This document shows, in pieces, positions 12,600-23,715 of a stretch of 64,000 nucleotides of DNA. Under the pieces are notes generated by a model. That model saw only the letters and a program-made list of their open reading frames with translations, made no database searches and was not told the origin of the DNA. Source of the stretch: Octopus vulgaris. Taxonomy: Eukaryota. The DNA is taken from assembly GCA_951406725.2 (NCBI GenBank), contig OX597827.1:21886001-21950000 (forward strand). Direction: 5' to 3'. A program made the translations under genes and the position numbers. The stretch's first letter is position 1; each line of letters starts with the position of its first letter.

Positions 12600-14722
12600 A
12601 TTTATTATTATTATTATTATTATTACTATTGCCTTTGCACAGCTTCTAACGCTGGAGATGTACTACGGTGTCAGCTGTTCACTACCAGTGAACTAAGGTA
12701 ACACCTCTTAGTTTTCGAGCACCTTCCGGAGTATTCGAGCGGTTCCAAGCAGTGCTGTTTTCTGCAAGTGCTCCACTCTTATTGCAGCCCCTATTTGTTC
12801 CACGTGCTTCTCGAGATTTTTGCTCACTGTTTCCAGGGCTCCGAAAATTATTGGTACTACTGCTATCTTTTTCATCGACCACAACTACTTAACTTCCCAA
12901 GCTAACCTGTCATATCTCTCAACTTTTCTTTCTTCATTCGTTTTCAATTTCTTGTATAGTTCTTTATCTTTGCAATCTTTCATCCTACACAAGCCTGACC
13001 TTCCTGCCTCTAATAATAGCGGATCTGTGGCATTTTTTACATACCATGCTATGTTGTTTTCTTCTGTTTTAATGCTGTGTTCGCATCCAATAAGTCCTCT
13101 CCCTCCCTTTTCTAGGTACATACAGTCTGTCTGTGTCACTTTTTGGGTGGAGTGACTCATATCTAGTTAGCAACTTCCTTGTCTTTCTCTCTAAGCTGTT
13201 TAGTTCGTCTACTGTCCATGCGATTACCCCTGCTCCATATCTAAGGAGTGAAACCGCCCATGTATTGATAGCTTCGATCTTATTCCGTCCATTTAATTTC
13301 GACTTAAGGATCAGTCTCAGTCTGCACAGGTACTCCACCTTAAATTTTTCTGTCATTTCTTTCTCCATCAATTTATCCATTTTCAAAATACGCAAGTACT
13401 GATAGCCCATCTCTTCTATCTGCATCATAACCTCCCCCGACGGTATCGTTAGCCCGTCCATACATTTGATTTTGCCTCTCTTCAAGACTAACACACCACA
13501 CTTTCTCAGTTCGAACTCTATTCTGATATCAGCACTGAAAGTATACACTGTATCAACGAGGGAACTGACTTGGGTTTCATCTTTACCATAAAGTTTGAGG
13601 CCATCCATGAATAACAAATGGTTGACTTTTAGCTGGCGACTTTTGAGTACATACCCAGCTTTTGCTTTCCTCAAAATCAGTGTTAGTGGTATCAAGCACA
13701 GTACAAAGATCAGTGGGAACAGGTAGTCCCCTTGAAAGATGCCCCTTCTAATTTCTACTGTCCCTAAACTTCTTCCGTATTCTGTCAGGTCCGTCCTCCA
13801 ATTCGCCACACTTTTTTCCAAGCAATCGCTCAACATTCGATGCAATACCAAATAGGTTCATACACTCCATAATCCAAGAATGTGGGATCATATCGTACGC
13901 CTTACGATAGTCGATCTATGACATGGCTAAGTTACTTTTCCTCCTCTTGCAGTCTCTAAGTACAGTTTTGTCTATCAAGAGTTGATCCTTGGTACCTCTG
14001 CCCTTACGCTTGCAACCCTTCTGCTCATGTGGCAGGACTCCATTTTTTTCCAGATGTTCGTATTCCAGTCAATAACTTCCACATAAGTGGCAAACAGGAT
14101 ATCGGCCTGTAATTGTCTACCGTATTGCCTTTTTCGATGTTTTACAGGCACAGCACTGTCCTACCCAATTTCAACCACTCTGGTGTTCCTTGGTTGGCAT
14201 TTAACAAGGTGTTGAGTTGCGCAGCTATTCGTGCATGACATTCACCAAATCTTTTGATCCAGTAGCCTTGAACTCCATCTGGTCCCGGGGCCTTCCAGTT
14301 GCGCATTTTTTTGCTGATTTCCTTCACTTCTCTAACTGAAATGATTAGTTCTACCTGTTTTGTTTCAGTTCTTGCAACCATTCAGCATCCTTCTTGTGCT
14401 CCTTGTCTTTGCTCCAGATGTCACTCCAAAACCTTTGACTTTCATTGTTGCCTGGTATCAACTTTTCATCTGCACACTCTCCATTTATTTCTTTATAGAA
14501 TCTCTTCTGATCTACTCTGAATAACCTATTCTGGTGGCAATCCTTCATTCTTTGGTCATATCTTACCATTTTTACTTTCTTTGGAACGAGGCGCTGTTTC
14601 AGTTCCTCCACTACTACTTTCAGGCCCTTTCTTTCAATATTATACTTCCTTTTCAGCGCCCTGTATTTTTGTTCGCTTTTAAGCTCCTCTTTCTCTTTTA
14701 ACCATGTAATTTCCCTCTTCAT
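12600..14722 (-). mobile_element. R4/Dong-clade non-LTR retrotransposon, 5'-truncated, frameshifted, internally deleted
   Basis: RT motifs KAPGPDGVQGYWIK, IDYRKAYD, RGIFQGD, NHLLFMD.LKLY, KIEAINTWAV, LYVPRK; C-terminus LQKTALLGTARILRKVL; 3' end in a (TAA)n tract. Confidence 0.85.
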
Positions 14723-15783
14723 GTCTTTAACATCTCTCCCTTTCTCTTCACATTTCCCTCCCTACCCTACAGCACTAACACTTCTCTCTCCCATTTTCCT
14801 CTCACCGTCTTTTTCTCTCTTCCTTTGCCTCTCTCTTCAATTAACCTCGTGATACTTTTGACCTTAGTGTATTATCATACTCCAATCTTCTTTTCTATTC
14901 ACATTTTCTATCTCCCTCTCTGTCACTCACGTTTACTCCACCTCTCACTCACTTCACCTCCACCTCTCTAACTAACTAAAGTATAACGGGCGAACGAACA
15001 AGCAGATTATTATATAGATTTGATTCGGTCCCTTGCAACTTACAGCTCGCCGAGCTATGGTAGCCGAATTTGGCTGCCAACCCATCCTATCTCACTTTCC
15101 TCCTTCCCATTGGTCATCAACTATTCCTTAGGCTTTATGTAGTTTGGCCGAACTTGATCGTCCGAAGACGCGATTTGTATGTTCGAATGCACTTTGTCAA
15201 TTGTATTTGCTTTTTATCAGTGTCCGTTGATCTGGCTTATCGATTGCAGAAACGTGCGTTAGAGATAGGAAGTAAAGTGTAGTGTGATGGAGGAAAAGGA
15301 CAACAGAAAAAGAAGCAAACGGGAGAAAGAAATACAAAAGGCCTTACCTGCTGACCTCGGCGAAATCAGCGGTCACTCTCACGAATTAAACACGTCTTGT
15401 TTCTCTGCCGTCTCTGCTCCAACTGCCCACACGTGCTTCCTGCCAACGCATGCCCCTGTGACTCTTCCGCCGGCCCCTGCAGTCTTCGCTTCCCTTTTAC
15501 CTCATCTACCATCCCCTCCACCAACACCACATAGCTCATCACAGCCCATAACACCGCTAACACCACATAAAGAAATGCAACTTCATGCTTCCTGTTTTTC
15601 TTTCGTGCTTGATGTGTTCTTCAGACTTTATGTAATTGCCTACCGGTAATTGATTGAACTCCACCTGGTCATGTAATGGAGGCGGATTCACATGGACATT
15701 ATCAACAGTCACGACCTATACGGGAATTTTGTCACGCAGCTAGGGCATCCATTTCAACTTGTGTGTGTGTGTACGTACGTATA

Positions 15784-16110
15784 TTGGCACTCTGTCGGTT
15801 ACGACGACGAGTGTTCCAGTTGATCCGATCAACGGAACAGTCTGCTTGTGAAATTGACATGCAAGTGGCTGAGTACTCCACAGACACACCAACCTTTAAA
15901 GTAGTTCTCAGAGGGATTCAGCGTGACACACAATGTGACAAAGCTGGCCCGTTTGTAATTACAGGTACAACTCATTTTTGTCAGCTGAATGGACTGGGAT
16001 GACGTGAAATGAAGTGTCTTGCTCAAGAACACAATGCGTTGCAGGCAATTGAACTCATGAACTTATGGTCATGTGCCGAATACCCCTAACCACTAAGCCA
16101 TGCCCATTCA
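15784..16110 (-). mobile_element. tRNA-derived SINE family C
   Basis: Minus strand has A box TGGCTTAGTGG and B box GAGTTCAATT, then ttgagcaagacact. Confidence 0.75.
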
Positions 16111-16137
16111 CACATATACACTCTCTCCCTCTCTCTC

Positions 16138-16180
<43 letters not shown>

Positions 16181-16188
<8 letters not shown>

Positions 16189-16874
16189 ATTAGGGCTTAG
16201 TAAAGTAAATTACTTTGCCACATACTGAACTTTCTAGAAATAGCAGCCAAAAAGTTTTTTTAGCCATTTCCACCACTTTAAGAAAATTTCTCTCAGATAA
16301 TGTTTACTCGTAAATAACTCACGAAGGTATGGAGGTAAAAACAGAAAAATATCACAAGTACAAAGATCATTTGAGAACGTTAACGTTTCTAGATTAGCCA
16401 AATAAACTCAGCATTTCTTTCGTCTGCTCAACATTTCTTAATTTGGATTTGGAAGCACTAAAAGGAAGAACATACCCTTCGGCGACGTATCACCTCAGAT
16501 GAACACGCTCAGACTGCCAGTACTAACAAATTCAAAATGCGCAAGCGAAGATTCCTGCTCTCTCCCCTTCCACCCACGTGGGTTATCTAGTAAACATATA
16601 TTTTAACGGTGAGAACCGAAGCAATAGAGCAGAGAGAAATGAATTATAATATCAACAATTGAGGGTAAAATTAATTAGTTATTAATCAATTTCACCAAGT
16701 AGTGTTCAGTATGTAAAAGGACCATTTAAGGCGAATTCAAAATATTATATTATATAATTAGGGCTTAGTAAAGTAATATAATATAATATTTTGAATTCGC
16801 CTTAAATGGTCCTTTTATACTGAACACTACTTGGTGAAATTGATTAATAACTAATTAATTTTACCCTCAATTGT

Positions 16875-16880
<6 letters not shown>
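16181..16880. mobile_element. (TA)n-embedded insert with terminal direct repeat plus inverted segment (Penelope pseudo-LTR-like architecture)
   Basis: attatataattagggcttagtaaagtaa at 16181 and 16749; 16650-16748 is inverted at 16780-16880. A second, differently rearranged copy lies at 27460-27670. Confidence 0.6.
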
Positions 16881-16915
<35 letters not shown>

Positions 16916-17020
16916 CTATATATATATATATATATTATATATATATATATATCATTCGCCATGATAGATCGCTAGCCACTACACTTTCTTTATTTTCTCT
17001 ACTTGCTTCTTTCTGTGTTC

Positions 17021-17056
17021 CTTTCTGTGGAAGAGCGTAGGCTCGAAACGTAAAAG
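17021..17056 (+). ncRNA. Minimal type-I hammerhead ribozyme-like motif (non-canonical U6)
   Basis: cttt-CTGTGGA-A-GAGC-gtag-GCTC-GAAA-CG-TA-aaag. Stems I and II pair and stem III is a palindromic ACGT. Within a TA-flanked repeat at 16953-17150. Confidence 0.55.
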
Positions 17057-17146
17057 ACTTTTTCAATTCCCGAGCGTTATACTAATACATCTGTTTGTTT
17101 TCTACACCACCTGCCTTCGTCTTTTGTTATTTTTTTGTGAATGCTC

Positions 17147-17202
<56 letters not shown>

Positions 17203-18031
17203 GTATATATATATATCAGCCGAAATTTAGAGATCCGATTGACCACAATCCTCAAAATTTTGTATGTAAAAAAATTGTTTATCTTCGGATTTTCAAAAAT
17301 ATGCTAGGGGCCACTGGTTTTAATTGATTAATATCAAATATATAAAGAGAGAGAGAGAATGTGATTGTTCATTCCCTTTTTACTCTGTCGTATCTATCTA
17401 TTTATCCGCAGTACCTCCTCCTGTTCCTATCGTACCCCTTCTTGATCCTGCTCTACCCACGAGCTTTTCATTTATCTTTCAGCTCACCAAGCAGCAAAAT
17501 ACATCCTCTTTACTTTTCTTTGTTTGCTTAACGACTTCATCCTGATGACTAATCTATTTTCCTTCTGTGTCGTACTTGCTGTATTTTCATGTTGTTTTGC
17601 CGGATTTTATTTTCATCGTAAATTGATTAATGCTTTATTTTATCAAGGAACACTTACCTTATGTTTTATTTGATTTCATTCTGTGTAAACATATTTTCCT
17701 TTTTCCTGTTATAGTTGCTAGCCTTAACCTTTATATGCCTTGCTTTACTCTGCACCAGTCACCAAAAGTCTGCCACGTGTCTTACAAGTTTCTGTATTTA
17801 GTCTCAACTGTATCAGTCACCTAACCACTGTGTCCAGTGGTTTGTCAATACCACTAAGGTTGTAGTTATATCTCAAGGTACTGAAACTGATAGAATCCTT
17901 TGCAAAACAGCTGATGAAAAGTTGAAGTTTTGTTCTCTCTTTTAGATGGGCTTATTGCTTGTTATCATTCTATTAAATATGCATACATTCATACATACAT
18001 ACATATACACAAACATACAAACGTACATTTG

Positions 18032-18078
<47 letters not shown>

Positions 18079-18196
18079 GCTTACATGCATATTAATATTT
18101 GTTTTTAAGTCAAGTTATATGTGAAAGGAATTTGGCATGAAACTGAAGAGTTTCTCGATGCATTTTTGTAGAATATATATTACCACCACCACCACC

Positions 18197-18230
<34 letters not shown>

Positions 18231-18621
18231 TGATTTTCAGCTGTCATGATGGTCATATCTGTAGAAGCATTGACGGGAGTTAGTTTATCGAAGTTAAAAG
18301 CATAGAAGACGGGATGTGAATGTTAAGAGGAGAAACACAGAAAAGCATTTTCCTTAATCTTCTCACAATTCTGAAAACCCACCTCACTCCTTACCGTTGC
18401 TAATTAATAACAGAATTGATTGCTAAAGCATCTGATTAAATGTCCTGCAGGATTTACCTCATCTTTGTATTTTGACCACGAGTCCTGTTGGGATCAACTT
18501 TGTCATTCAATCTTGAAGGGTCTGTAAAATAAAACTTCAGTCAAGTACGAATGGTAATGCAATCTGCCTCAGCCACAAATACGAAACACGTTGTGCTCCT
18601 GTCCGGAATCAAGAAAGATTA

Positions 18622-18852
18622 AGGCGGCGAGCTGGCAGAAACGTTAGCACGCCGGGCGAAATTCGTAGCCGTATTTCGTCTGTCGTTACGTTGTGAGTTC
18701 AAATTCCGCCGAGGTTGACTTTGCCTTTCATCCTTTCGAGGTCGATAAATAAAGTACCAGTTACGCATTGGGGTCGATGTAATCGACTTAATCCCTTTGT
18801 CTGTCCTTGTTTGTCCCCTCTATGTTTAGCCCCTTGTGGGCAATAAAGAAAT
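18622..18852 (+). mobile_element. tRNA-derived SINE family B (young copy)
   Basis: Head gagctggcagaa..GAGTTCAAATTCC and core gcctttcatcctttcg.ggtcgataaataaagtaccag. Decayed copies near 1200-1300, 19525-19740, 31270-31350, 54690-54790(-) and 61045-61210(-). Confidence 0.8.
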
Positions 18853-18945
18853 ATATTTCTGAAGCTTGCTTTCAAATCACTTGAAACCAAGCTTTTTACA
18901 ACGAAGGGAAAAAACAGGGATTCTTGTTTATCTCTTAATAGAATT

Positions 18946-19330
18946 CCTCCTCTCTCTCTCCTCCTCTCTCTTTTTCTCCCTCTCTCTTTCTCTCTCTCTC
19001 TTTTTCTCTCTCTCTCTCTCCCTCTCCCTTTCTCTCTACCTCCTCTCTGCCTTTCTCTCTCCCTCTCTCCTCCTCTCTCATTCTCCCCTCTCTCCCTCTC
19101 CCTCTCTCCTCTCTCTCTCCTTCTCTCTCTCCCTCCCTACATTCTTCCCTCTCTCCCTCTCTCTCCCTCATTCTCCCCCTCTCTCCCTCTCCCTCTCTCC
19201 TCTCTCGCCCTCCCTACATTCTTCCCTCTCTCTCTCTCTCTCTTTCTCTCTCTCCTCCTCCCCTCTCTTTCTCTCCTCCTCCCTCACCCTCCCTCCCTCC
19301 TCACCCCTCCCCCTCTCTCATTTCCCCCAA
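18946..19330. repeat. ~385-bp polypyrimidine/polypurine low-complexity tract
   Basis: Almost only C/T on the + strand. Confidence 0.9.
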
Positions 19331-20001
19331 GGTGTGTACAGCCAAAGTAATTAGTTGCTATGATACTTCCCTATCTCCATATCTCCCTCACAGATCGTTT
19401 ACCTGACTAAATATGAGACACTGTACAATATAAGTGAAACTGACCATATATTATAAGTGGCAGCTAGCACTATATATAACTAAATCGTACGGACACTTCA
19501 TTAAGGAATTATTTTAAAAATGGTTGTAAGCTGGCAGAACCATTAGCGCATTGGACAAAATGCTTTGTGAAATGTCTTCCAAGTTCTTGTATTCTGAGCT
19601 CAAGTTATCCTGGAGGTCAACTTTGCACTTCATTCTTTTGAAGTTGATAAAATAAAATAGCAGTCAAGTACTGTGGTTGATGTTATAGAGTAAACCCCTC
19701 CCCTCATAAGTGCAGGTCCTATGCCTAAACTAGAAACCATTTCTGAATGATGAAAACGAAGATATTTTAGTTAATAAATCCCTTTAAATACGATTAGCTG
19801 TCAAACTAAACGTCAACCATAGGTTTTCTGTGGGTACCGAAGCGCTTGAGAATTTAAGGTAGGTAGTTAGATAGGTAGGTACATGGATTAACATGGCCTT
19901 GTTAGGATGTTAAATATATATTTCAAAATGTAACTACATGTGGATCGTTGGCGATTTTTTTCCCCCCATCATCCTTTTCTCTTGGACTTTCTTCTGTCTC
20001 C

Positions 20002-20038
20002 TGTTTCTGAAGAAGAACTTTGCTCGAAATGTTAAACA
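20002..20038 (+). ncRNA. Minimal type-I hammerhead ribozyme motif (slightly decayed)
   Basis: tgttt-CTGAAGA-A-GAAC-ttt-GCTC-GAAA-TG-TT-aaaca: 5-bp stem I, canonical CUGANGA/GAAA core, one stem II mismatch. Confidence 0.6.
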
Positions 20039-20150
20039 ACCTTGCTTTCCTTCCCTAAGCGTCTTTTAATACTTTGCATGTACCACGTCCTCGCATTGTT
20101 GTTTTTTCTTGCTTTTTTCTTCGTTCTTTTTTATTAATTATATATATATA

Positions 20151-20577
20151 GGTGCAGGAGTGGCTGTGTGGTAAGCAGCTTGCTTACCAACCACATGCTT
20201 CTTGGTTCAGTCCCACTGCGTGGGACCTTGCGCAAGTGTCTTCCACTATAGCCTTGAGCCAACCAAAGCCTTGTGAGTGAATATGGTAGATGGAAACTGA
20301 AAGAAGCCCGTCATATATATATGTATATATATGTATATATGTGTGTGTGTGTGTGTGTGTGTATGTTTGTGTGTCTGTGTTTATCCCCCCAACATCACTT
20401 GACAACCAATGCTGGTGTGTTTACGTCCCCGTAACTTAGCGGTTCGACAAAAGAGACCAATAGAAAAAGTACTTGGCTTACAAAGAATAAGTCTTTGGGT
20501 CAATTTGCTTGACTAAAAGGCGTTGCTCCAGCATGGCCACAGTCAAATGACTGAAACAAGTAAAAGAGAGTAAAGAG
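20151..20577 (+). mobile_element. tRNA-derived SINE family A, full length, with internal (TA)/(TG) microsatellite
   Basis: A box TGGCTGTGTGG, B box GGTTCAGTCCC, (TAAAAGAG)n tail; near-identical to 40374-40790. Confidence 0.85.
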
Positions 20578-20611
<34 letters not shown>

Positions 20612-20625
20612 TTATATACATATAC

Positions 20626-20705
<80 letters not shown>

Positions 20706-20733
20706 GAATATATAGACATATATATACATATAC

Positions 20734-20772
<39 letters not shown>

Positions 20773-21997
20773 GGTCCCGGGTTGATTCGGGTTAACCACA
20801 GTAAATAAGGTACTAATACATAGCAGAGTAAAATTAATTTATTATATAGAAGGAGTTTACAGACTAGAACTATTCAAGAGAAATCTTCAGGTCTGAAGAT
20901 TTCTCTGAATATTCTAGTCCTGTAAAGCTATATAATAAATATATATATATATATATATATAAAGAGAGAGAGAGAGAGACATATACATATACATATATAT
21001 ATATATATACATATATATACATATATATACATATATATACATATATATATATATATATACATATATATGTAAACAGTAAAAATAAATACAGACATGGACA
21101 AGAACATGAAACACCAAAGAGATGACACAAGAACCACAGGACGGGACATTCGAAGCCCTCAGTCATCAGTCAAGAACAGATCATCTTCGCAATTTCGGCT
21201 GATTAATCTTGAGATTGCTCCGATCTGGGCAGCCCCAAGGGAAATCTAAGCCAAGCGCATTAGATCCCTATACATATATATGTGTGTGTTTACACACACA
21301 CACATATATATACATACACACACATATATATATATATGTGTGTGTGTGTGTTTATGCACACACACACATATATATATATATGTCGTTGTCATCATCATCG
21401 TCATCATCATCTGTCCACATTCCAAGCTGGCATGGGTTGGATGGTTTAACAGTATCTAATGGACACAAGAACTGCACTGTGCTGCAGCGTCTGCATGGTT
21501 TCTATGTCAGGATGCGCTTCCTAACACCAACCACTGGACAGTGGTACTTGCGAGGTCGCCACGCCACTTGCAAAGCCATGAAACCTAGTGAGGGAGGTGC
21601 AGGCTGTTGTCGTTGAGGAGCAGCTACATGGCTGCTTCCATTTAGAGGAGAGAGTGAGGATGAATTGGGAGGAGGTGCAAAGAGACAAATACTGGTGATG
21701 AGGTGTCCCAGCAGCACTCGGAAGACATGAGGTGTGTAGAAGCGAGTGGAGACGGAAAAACTGAAAGTTTGAACGGGTGGATGTTGATAAGAGTGTGGGG
21801 TGCAAGAAATAGGGAAATAGGAGAAGGGACGGATGCCACGTCTGTAAAGATTGGGTACGATTTGGACATTCAGAAACACAAGCACAGGTATTATTACAAA
21901 TTAATATTTTCATTTGAAAAATATGAGTTTACCTGCCTGGACAATTTTAACTGGAATGGCAGGTTTGGATTTTACAAGGTTTTGATTGTATAAATAA

Positions 21998-22390
21998 CTA
22001 GCAGTATTGCCTGGCGTTGCTTGGGTTTCTTTCGACCCTTTAGAATTGGAATTTTTGAAAAGTAAAAATTTTGCATTATGTAGCTTATTATTCTCTTTAA
22101 GTGAACATTTTTCTGGTTGAAATACACCGAAAAATGGCGACACATCAACAGTAAAAAAATCGTAAAAAATAGGGCTTTTCATAGAAAAAAAGCACCTTTT
22201 TGATGTAAATAATTTTTGGTCTTAACATGGTCCTATTTGAATTTTATCTTCTACGGAAGGAAGAGCAAACCTTCTTCTATCATACTCTCAATTTTGGTCA
22301 ACTTGTGCCGCAGAGTCTCGGAGGAGATAGTGTTAGTTGAAGGCTACCAAACCTGCCACACACAGACAACTTCAGCTTTATATATACAGA
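21998..22390 (-). mobile_element. Non-autonomous Helitron
   Basis: On the minus strand: A|TC start, 3' CCCAAGCAACGCCAGGCAATACTG-CTAG|T end; termini match 61232-61628. Confidence 0.8.
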
Positions 22391-22544
22391 TATGATTTAT
22401 TATTCTTATATTGTTTGACCGATTTGATTCAATGGACTGTGGTCAAGTTGTTGCAGCTCCTTTCAGAGTAGTGATTCTTACTTGAAAGATCTTTTCCTGT
22501 GTCTTGCAAGTTATTTGCTGACCTCAGTGGTGCTGGTGTCATGA

Positions 22545-22985
22545 AGAAAAAAAAGCATCCAATACACTTTGTACGGTGGTTGGCATTAGGAAGGGCATCC
22601 AGCTGTAGAAACAATGCTAAAGGAGATACTGGGGCTTGACTCAATCCTCTGGTTTGTTAAATTCTGTCAAACCATCCAACTGATACCAGGATGGAAAAGA
22701 GACATTAAATGATGATGAGGTGGAGGGCAAAAACAACAAATTTAAGACATCAAAAATCGACACGTTTGATCATCATCATCATCATCATCGTTTAACATCC
22801 GCTTTCCATGCTAGCATGGGTTGGACGGTTCAACTGGGGTCTGGCGGCCATGCTCGGATGGTGTTTTTTATGTGCCACCGACACAGGTGCCAGATGAGGC
22901 TGGCAGACGGCCACGCTCGGATGGTGTTTTTTATGTGCCACCGACACAGGTGCCAGATGAGGCTGGCAGACGGCCACGCTCGGAT
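22545..22985. mobile_element. Tail-to-tail pair of RTE 3'-end fragments; the second has two near-identical 63-bp units
   Basis: + copy ends in (ATG)n at ~22718; the - copy starts with (CAT)n at 22769. Confidence 0.75.
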
Positions 22986-23254
22986 ATGGTGTTTTCGGTG
23001 TTTTTCTTGTTGTGAAGAAAAGAGATGAAGATAGGTCAATGTTTTTTCCTTCAGTATTTTTTCACTTTTCCTTCATGACGAATGACCATTGTCCAAATTG
23101 TCAAATTATTCACTCCTTCTTTTCCTTCATCATTATAAAATCATTCCCTTTGCACTTTGATTTTGATGTTGCTGATTTTTTCTTCTCCTCTTAATACATT
23201 TGATAAAGTCTTCATCTGTTTTTGTTTTTTGTTTCATATTTTTCAGGTTTAAAG

Positions 23255-23715
23255 ATGGGTGTAGGAACTGAAAAAGAAACTTGCATGTCTTCAGATTTAT
23301 TCAAAAGATTTTTCAATCTCAGTTCTAAAATTAGTTCAAATGAAGATGACTGGATATACGATGAAGAACCACACTGTTCACGACGGAAAGAGATTCTACG
23401 TAAACATCCTGAAATAAAGAAATTGATGGGGTACAACCCTAAAATTACTTTCATTGTTGTCCCAGAGGTTTTGGTACAAATTCTAGCCTGTTGGTATCTA
23501 AAGGATGCTTCATGGCTTACAATCTTTATATTAGCCTACATCTTTGGTGGAGTAATTAACCATTCCCTTGGAAGTGCTATCCATGAAATTGGTCATAATC
23601 TAGCTTTTGGACACTGTCGACCAAAAGCAAATAGGATTTTGAGTATATTCTGCAACCTTCCACTGGGGATTCCTATGGCTCTTTCATACAAGAAATACCA
23701 TTTGGATCACCATAG
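23255..23715 (+). CDS. DEGS1: Sphingolipid delta(4)-desaturase / C4-hydroxylase (DEGS/DES family), coding exon 1
   Basis: Translation contains WIYDEEPHCSRRKEILRKHPEIKKLMG (Lipid_DES N-terminal motif), His box 1 HEIGH followed by NLAFG, and His box 2 HLDHH. Polypyrimidine tract plus AG acceptor at 23245-23246, ATG in strong context (aaagATGg) at 23255, donor AG|GTAAGT at 23716. DEGS1 vs paralogue assignment is not resolved. Confidence 0.95.

Noticed and set aside
20151-20230. tRNA genes at SINE heads (also 18622, 16110, 42597)
   Set aside because: A/B boxes are present, but there is no complete cloverleaf and each continues into a SINE body.
21140-21175. CTGATGA..GAA motif on the minus strand (also ~36800 and ~36890) as a hammerhead
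   Set aside because: GAA is followed by T rather than A, and stems I-III cannot be drawn convincingly.
22846-22985. Repeat-spacer appearance of the RTE 3' UTR units (CRISPR-like)
   Set aside because: Eukaryotic context, no cas genes, units are degenerate tandem copies attached to an RTE ORF and (ATG)n tail, and the 'spacers' are homologous to each other.
23222-23254. ORF-track starts at 23222 and 33253 for DEGS
   Set aside because: Both lie in intronic polypyrimidine tracts upstream of clear AG acceptors.
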